From Raphidiopsis brookii D9 (GTDB lineage Bacteria; Cyanobacteriota; Cyanobacteriia; Cyanobacteriales; Nostocaceae): DNA of 32,000 nucleotides. Positions 26,388-32,000 of the stretch are shown here, in pieces. A model generated the notes under the pieces. That model ran no database searches. It had not been told where the DNA came from and saw nothing but the letters and a program-made list of their open reading frames with translations. The first letter of the stretch is position 1. Every line of letters starts with the position of its first letter. The position numbers were made by a program, and so were the translations under genes. The DNA lies in the NCBI GenBank assembly GCA_000175855.1, contig ACYB01000042.1:1-32000 (forward strand). Reading direction: 5' to 3'.

Positions 26388-28169
26388 TTAAACCCCATCC
26401 TCACCTGTTGGTTCTTCTGTGGGAGGAGTAGGAGTTGTAGTAGGAACGGGATTTTCCACAGGAGGAGGAGTGGGAATGGAATTTTCCACAGGAGGAGGAG
26501 TAGGAGTTGTAGTGGGAATGGGATTTTCCACAGGAGGAGTAGGAGTTGTAGTAGGAATGGTGGTTTTAGGAGGAGTGGGAGTTGTAGTAGGAATGGTGGT
26601 TCTAGGAGGAATAGGAGTTGTAGTAGGAATGGTAGTTCTAGGAGGAATGGTGGTTCTAAGAGGAATAGGATCTCGTTTAATTGGAGCTTCTAAAGCGACA
26701 GATAAACTATAGTTACTTTGAGGAACTGTTGTAGACAAAGTCAGTTGGATAGTTAACCTCCCCCTACTTGTTAAGACTCCCTCATAGCTAGTAACTTTTT
26801 GAGCATCAATGCTAAGGGGTTGACCGTCAGCAGTAAGAATAGTTAATAAAACGCCACTTTCCTCATTAAGTCCCACGGTGAGCTTTTGTCCTGGACTACC
26901 TCTAAAACTGTATTCAATTACTTCCCCAAATTTGATTATTCCTTCTTCATTAGCATTATTAGATGAATCCCATGCTAAACTCCGTAGTTCCGTTTTGCTA
27001 GGTGTGAGTGTCAATGTAGAATCGGGTGTAGATCTGGGAATTACAGGGGAAGGAAAATTCTGGGGTGTGGTGGATAATCGGGGAAATAACCCTTGATCAC
27101 GAAGGTAATTAACTAGGGACCAAGAACCAAATCCCGCCAAAATAACTACAAAACTACCAATAGTCACCACGGCCAAAGTATTGTCCAAAATCGAACTATT
27201 AGTATGAGTAGTATGAGTAGTGTGAGGTGATATTACTGGTTCAGGTGAGTTAGTTGGGGTAGGAGATGGATGACTAATAGCAATAGTGGGTAAATAGGAT
27301 AGATTAGGATCCGGAGGGTTTAAGGGACTTGAGACTTCTAAATTATTTAAATCAAGAATAACTTCCTTAGCATTTTGATAGCGATCGCCTGGGATACGAT
27401 TTAGCATGCGATTTATTACCTGAGCGAACTTAGGACTAACTTGTACCCAGTGCTGCCATTTCCAAACAAAAGTAGTTTCATCAAATAGATCCGCTGGTTC
27501 TTTTCCGGTGAGGAGAACTATAGCCGTAACAGCCAGTGCATACAAATCACTATTGGGATAAGCTTTTCCGGTTTGGACTTGTTCTATGGGGGAATACCCC
27601 GGTTTACCTACTGTAGTAGATTGATGGACAGAATAAGTTGATAACCTAGTTGCTACTTCTTTAACAACACCAAAATCAATTAACACAGGTTTTTGGTCTG
27701 TGCTGCGTAAGATTAAATTATCGGGGGAAATATCCCGGTGAATGATCTTAGCTTTGTGAATATACTCTAAAACCGGTAATAGAGATTGTAATAAATATAG
27801 TATTTCCGCTTCAGTAAAACTTTGACCTTGAGTACGACGTTCATTTAAGATGGTATGGTAGGTTTTCCCTCCCACGAAATCCTGGACTAGGAACAACCGT
27901 TGGTCTTGGGCAAATTTTTCTCGGAACTTAGGAATTTGGGGGTGATCAATTTGATATAGTATGGATGCTTCCCGATCAAACAATTCTTGAGCTTTTTTAC
28001 CCTTGTATGAATCTGGGTCTAAAATAACCAATTCCTTGATAGCGCAAAGTTCGTTAAAACGTCCTTGGTCTTCTGCTAGATAGGTTCTACCAAATCCCCC
28101 CTGTCCCAAAAGACGAATAATATGGTAGCGATTTTGGAGAATAGTTCCAAGGTTAATGGGTAATGGCAT
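26388..28169 (-). CDS. Ser/Thr protein kinase with transmembrane segment, extracellular domain and Pro/Thr-rich repeat tail (likely start 28169; ORF track begins 28202)
   Basis: YHIIRLLGQGGFGRTYLAED, IIHRDISPDNLILRSTDQKPVLIDFG, TTVGKPGYSPIEQ; C-terminal (PTTTPTPP) repeats. Confidence 0.9.
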   Translation of the reverse strand: MPLPINLGTILQNRYHIIRLLGQGGFGRTYLAEDQGRFNELCAIKELVILDPDSYKGKKAQELFDREASILYQIDHPQIPKFREKFAQDQRLFLVQDFVGGKTYHTILNERRTQGQSFTEAEILYLLQSLLPVLEYIHKAKIIHRDISPDNLILRSTDQKPVLIDFGVVKEVATRLSTYSVHQSTTVGKPGYSPIEQVQTGKAYPNSDLYALAVTAIVLLTGKEPADLFDETTFVWKWQHWVQVSPKFAQVINRMLNRIPGDRYQNAKEVILDLNNLEVSSPLNPPDPNLSYLPTIAISHPSPTPTNSPEPVISPHTTHTTHTNSSILDNTLAVVTIGSFVVILAGFGSWSLVNYLRDQGLFPRLSTTPQNFPSPVIPRSTPDSTLTLTPSKTELRSLAWDSSNNANEEGIIKFGEVIEYSFRGSPGQKLTVGLNEESGVLLTILTADGQPLSIDAQKVTSYEGVLTSRGRLTIQLTLSTTVPQSNYSLSVALEAPIKRDPIPLRTTIPPRTTIPTTTPIPPRTTIPTTTPTPPKTTIPTTTPTPPVENPIPTTTPTPPPVENSIPTPPPVENPVPTTTPTPPTEEPTGEDGV

Positions 28170-28370
28170 AATCATAGTAGTTGAAATTAAAATTAAAAGC
28201 AAAATATTTAGAGGGTTAAATAAAGCATAAACTAGATCACAGGAATATCAAACCTAAAAATGCTTGCTGGGGATATAGTTACAAAAGGAACTCATAAAGG
28301 TTCCCAGAAAGCAAAAATCCTCCAGCTTCCAGTTGTGGGAATTTTTACCTTAATTATCTACAAATCTACA

Positions 28371-29462
28371 ATGCTAAAAGCTGGAATAGTTGGACTTCCC
28401 AACGTTGGAAAATCAACTCTATTTAACGCTGTAGTCGCTAACGCTAAAGCGGAAGCTGCTAATTTTCCATTTTGCACCATAGAACCGAATGTAGGCATTG
28501 TTGCAGTACCAGATGATCGGTTAAACGTCCTGGCCAAACTGGCCAGCTCTGAACAAATTATACCTGCGCGGGTTGAATTTGTGGATATTGCTGGTCTGGT
28601 GCAGGGTGCTAGTCAGGGTGAAGGGTTGGGAAATCAATTTTTGTCTCACATTCGGGAAGTGGATGCTATAGTGCATGTGGTCCGTTGTTTTGAAAATGAT
28701 GATATTATTCACGTTAGTGGTTCGGTGGATCCAGTACGGGATATTGACATTATTAATTTGGAATTAGGTCTGTCAGACCTGGCTCAAGTTGAAAGACGCA
28801 TAGAAAGATCACGCAAGCTAGCACGAACTAGCAAAGATGCGCAATTTGAAGTTACAGTTTTAGATAAATTAGTAGCAGCTCTCAACGAAGGTAAGTCCGT
28901 TCGTCAAGTCAGTTTAACTCCAGAAGAAGCTGCGGTAATTAAAAACTTAGGCCTGCTGACTAGTAAACCAATTATCTATGCTGCTAATGTAGCTGAGGAT
29001 GACCTAGCTACAGGTAATGACTTTGTGGAGAAGGTACGAGCAGTCGCAGCACAAGAAAATGCTCAAGTGGTAATAGTCTCTGCTCAGGTGGAAGCTGAGT
29101 TAGTAGAATTACCTGATGCAGATAAGGTTGACTTTTTAGCATCTTTAGGTGTGCAAGAGGGGGGTCTCAAATCTTTGATTCGTGCTACCTATGCTCTTTT
29201 AGGTTTACGGACATATTTCACCTCTGGACCCAAGGAAACCCGCGCTTGGACTATTCATGCAGGAATGTCCGCACCTCAAGCAGCGGGAGTCATTCACTCT
29301 GATTTTGAGCGGGGGTTTATTCGCGCAGAAACCGTTGCTTATGAGGATCTGGTTACCCATAGATCTATAAATGCTGCTAAGGAAAAAGGTCTGGTCAGAA
29401 GTGAGGGTAAGGAATACATTGTACAAGAGGGAGATGTGATGTTATTCCGATTTAATGTTTAG
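28371..29462 (+). CDS. ychF: Redox-regulated ATPase/GTPase YchF; ORF track begins 28260
   Basis: MLKAGIVGLPNVGKSTLFNAVV, DIAGLVQGASQGEGLGNQFLSHIREVDAIVHVVRCFEND, KPIIYAANVAED, TWTIHAG-like AWTIHAGMSAPQAAGVIHSDFERGFIRAETV. Confidence 0.97.
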   Translation: MLKAGIVGLPNVGKSTLFNAVVANAKAEAANFPFCTIEPNVGIVAVPDDRLNVLAKLASSEQIIPARVEFVDIAGLVQGASQGEGLGNQFLSHIREVDAIVHVVRCFENDDIIHVSGSVDPVRDIDIINLELGLSDLAQVERRIERSRKLARTSKDAQFEVTVLDKLVAALNEGKSVRQVSLTPEEAAVIKNLGLLTSKPIIYAANVAEDDLATGNDFVEKVRAVAAQENAQVVIVSAQVEAELVELPDADKVDFLASLGVQEGGLKSLIRATYALLGLRTYFTSGPKETRAWTIHAGMSAPQAAGVIHSDFERGFIRAETVAYEDLVTHRSINAAKEKGLVRSEGKEYIVQEGDVMLFRFNV

Positions 29463-29488
29463 ATAGGAAGGTGGAAATGGGGACAAGA

Positions 29489-30665
29489 CTAAGCAATACT
29501 CCCCCTCTTCCTGGCTTCTTTATAGGAAATACTAACATTTTTAACTCCCGCTTTAATCATCTCTCTTTCTAAAAGGGCGAAGAACTGATTTCTATCCCCA
29601 CTTCTAACTACTGCTTGATTATGTGCTTCCGCGATCGCCACTGGATAGCCATACCCCTTTTGTATTTGTGCTAATACTAGTCCCAGAGCTTGATCTATCA
29701 TCTGAGGGTCATTTACTACCCATGCTGGAAACTCAATTCTGGCGATTTCTGTGCCCACATGTAAATAACAAAAGTAAATGACTTGATCATCATATAATTG
29801 TAGAATCCGGGAATTGCTGCGCCATAATGCGCTCCTTTGACCAGGTTGGAGCTGGGTGGCCCATAATGTGGTGTCTCGCAAACCTTCAAATTTTTTACAG
29901 GGAACGTAATCTAGTTGATCTGGACAATAGTTAATACAGTCGGGAACGGGATAGGGACAGTTTAATAAACGCAATAGATTTTTTGCTTCGTTGTTACGAG
30001 CTGCACTTAGATATCCAACTATGGGGATTCCTGCTTGACGTAACTTTCCCCAAGCTTCTAGGATAGGTAGTAAAATTTGATCCCTAGCTTCTAGTGGTAG
30101 CTGTTCTAAAAACCAATAGATTAGGGAGCCATCTACCATCGCTAGGGAAGGATGGTCGTTTTTTACGCTACAGGCTAGGTCAGCTAGTACCGTAATTTCC
30201 GAAGCAGTTCGGCAATGACTCATCCATTCTTCGGTTTTTAAACCCCATTGACGGGCAATGTATAGGTCTTCTTCTCGGTAAAATATCTCTGGTAAGCTAT
30301 CTAGCAGGGGATGACGATTTTGTCCATAATATAAAACCACTCTTCCAATATTTAGTAGGTAGCAATAGGCAATTTCATGATGGTTAGGAGCAATTTGAGA
30401 ACCGTCCGTAGCAATTATCGTATGTAGTTTGGGGGGAGTAGAAATTTGAATACAAGTGTCTAGAGGTTCTAGGGGTGTAGCATTGGCAAAAGTAATGCGA
30501 TCGCGCCATTTTTCCTGACGCTTGACTATTTCGTCTTGACACTGGCAAGCCTTTTTTTAAATTTTCTTTTGCTAACTCCAACTTACGGTTACTTTCAGCT
30601 ACTTCAGAGCAAAGGTGCTGGCTTAAACCCTGCATTTGCCCAGCTAGTTTGGTTAAATCTAACAT
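29489..30665 (-). CDS. NurA-domain nuclease, split by an apparent one-base frameshift (ORFs 30384..30665 and 29489..30340)
   Basis: MLDLTKLAGQMQGLSQHLCSEVAESNRKLELAKENLKK continues in another frame as ACQCQDEIVKRQEKWRDRITFAN ..., then IGRVVLYYGQNRHPLLDSLPEIFYREED ... SLAMVDGSLIYWFLEQLP. Frame change at a 7-nt homopolymer at 30552-30558. Confidence 0.75.
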
Positions 30666-30684
30666 GATTGGTATCTAACATTAT

Positions 30685-31488
30685 TCACATCAACAGATGG
30701 TGGGATAACCACTTAGAAAAATCTTGCACAAAGCGAGAAAGTGGGAGCAACTGAATGCGCGGGTCATTTTGTCCAGCTTCTCTTTCTGATTGGGTATTAT
30801 AACCCCAATCTGCTAAAAAAAGCCCCACCTTGTCTAAATCCGATTGTTGTTGAACCAGTTGTAGAGTTTTCAATCTATCTTCCACAAACCATAATCTTGC
30901 TGGTTGATATTCTGTTGTACGAATTAATTCTCGTAAAATTTCGTATTTGGGAAGTTTTACTTCTTTACCAAAAATTGCCTTTTCTGGTAAATTAACCCCC
31001 TCTTGTTCTAACAATTGCTTGACAAAACGTTCCTCTTTAGTGGTAACAATAAACAATTCCACTTCACTATCAATGGTAAGCTTCAATCTTTCTATCACTC
31101 CTGGATAAAATCTATGTAATCCTAACCACCCGCCTAAATCGTTAGATATCCACTGATCGCGCAAACCATCCAGTTTATTACCAACTTCTTGAGATGATAG
31201 CTGGGATGTTTCTAAAATCTCTGTGACAATTTTTAGCCAGTCTTGTAAGATTTGCTCATCAGAAAAACCATCAATTATAGCTTTAATTAAAATCGGCATT
31301 TCCCAGCCCGTTTCAATCACAGGACGGAGACGATAAAATCTCAAAGCTAAATCATCTGGTATTATTTCTTGCTGAGATGGATAAAATTGACAGTAGGTAC
31401 GCCATGCTACCTCAAAGTATTCAATGAGTCCGTCACAGATGACCCCATCAAAGTCTAGAGCTAAAATTGTGGGATGATTTACTGTCAT
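30685..31488 (-). CDS. HAD-superfamily hydrolase-like protein
   Basis: ILALDFDGVICDGLIEYFEVAW, VELFIVTTKEERFVKQLLEQEGV, LWFVEDRLKTL. Confidence 0.8.
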   Translation of the reverse strand: MTVNHPTILALDFDGVICDGLIEYFEVAWRTYCQFYPSQQEIIPDDLALRFYRLRPVIETGWEMPILIKAIIDGFSDEQILQDWLKIVTEILETSQLSSQEVGNKLDGLRDQWISNDLGGWLGLHRFYPGVIERLKLTIDSEVELFIVTTKEERFVKQLLEQEGVNLPEKAIFGKEVKLPKYEILRELIRTTEYQPARLWFVEDRLKTLQLVQQQSDLDKVGLFLADWGYNTQSEREAGQNDPRIQLLPLSRFVQDFSKWLSHHLLM

Positions 31489-31942
31489 GGTTTAAATATA
31501 TATAAAAAACTGCTGATTTCAACTTATCAGAAGAGCATAGGTTATTTTTTGTATTTAGGGAAGTCGGGAAATTTAGACTGACATAAAAAAATACCTAATT
31601 TATGTGATAATATTTATATTTATATATTTTAATAACTTATTTTACGTAATTAACATGGGTAAAAGTATCTGATTTATTTATGGTAGCAGGTACTGTAATA
31701 GTGTTATGATGTCGAATGTACGCTGTGTATAGTTTTTGAGTTTTTGTATTGTGACTATAGCTCTACTACATCGGCCCTACCTTTTCATACTTTTTTTTGG
31801 TTAAGGTATTCTTATATATCTTTTGATAGATGTAATGAGACTTTCTAATTTTTTATAATGGTACTGTTTAGTCACAGTAATGATGTAATTTCTCCCTTGG
31901 TTAAAATTCTCTCTAATTGTCTCTAGTGGATTTTATATACCT

Positions 31943-32000
31943 ATGTTAACTATGCTGGAACAAATCACTGCCCTTATTCTTACTTACAACGAAGCACCCA
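31943..32000 (+). CDS. Start of a family 2 glycosyltransferase-like gene, cut by the window end
   Basis: MLTMLEQITALILTYNEAP...; the LTYNEAP motif is typical of GT2 N-termini. Confidence 0.5.
   Translation, partial: MLTMLEQITALILTYNEAP

Noticed and set aside
31489-31942. AT-rich intergenic region before the glycosyltransferase as an ncRNA or regulatory element
   Set aside because: No clear hairpin, RNA motif or repeat was recognised; expression data would be needed.

Overview
The window looks like a cyanobacterial chromosome segment; HIP1-like GCGATCGC motifs and the family content support this. (1) Positions 1-1021 hold an apparently complete IS630-family insertion sequence, with inverted ends, a TA duplication and a transposase split by an A9 run. 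It truncates a GMC oxidoreductase gene. (2) About 1.0-13 kb, all on +, is a run of genes for sugar oxidation and peroxide chemistry. It includes the GMC oxidoreductase C-terminus, a VioB-like ferritin-like protein, a dehydrogenase small-subunit-like protein, an exported pentapeptide-repeat protein, two sugar isomerase/epimerase-like TIM barrels, an NTF2-like protein, a galactose/glyoxal-oxidase-like copper radical oxidase, a Dyp-type peroxidase, and a GH15 glucoamylase with a C-terminal CBM20 that seems to be frameshifted. (3) About 14.05-18.1 kb, all on -, is the most interesting region. It resembles a RiPP locus: three near-identical tandem precursor-like peptides with an invariant leader ending in GG, one or two divergent relatives, an APH-like kinase and a HopA1-family protein. 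A kinase plus HopA1-like pair is what class V lanthipeptide and thioamitide pathways use to dehydrate Ser/Thr, but none of these precursors contains a cysteine. (4) Immediately upstream on the same strand is a pair of exported M16 peptidase homologues, one with the HxxEH zinc motif and one without. (5) The rest is mostly ordinary: TetR regulator, LD-carboxypeptidase, nadA, M20 amidohydrolase, Ser/Thr kinase with a Pro/Thr repeat tail, ychF, a split NurA-domain gene, a HAD-like protein and the start of a glycosyltransferase. Several decayed fragments are visible: an IS1-like remnant, a Nudix-like remnant, a duplicated hopA1 tail and a PaaK-like ligase fragment. All family names come from recognising sequence motifs by eye; no database search was run.
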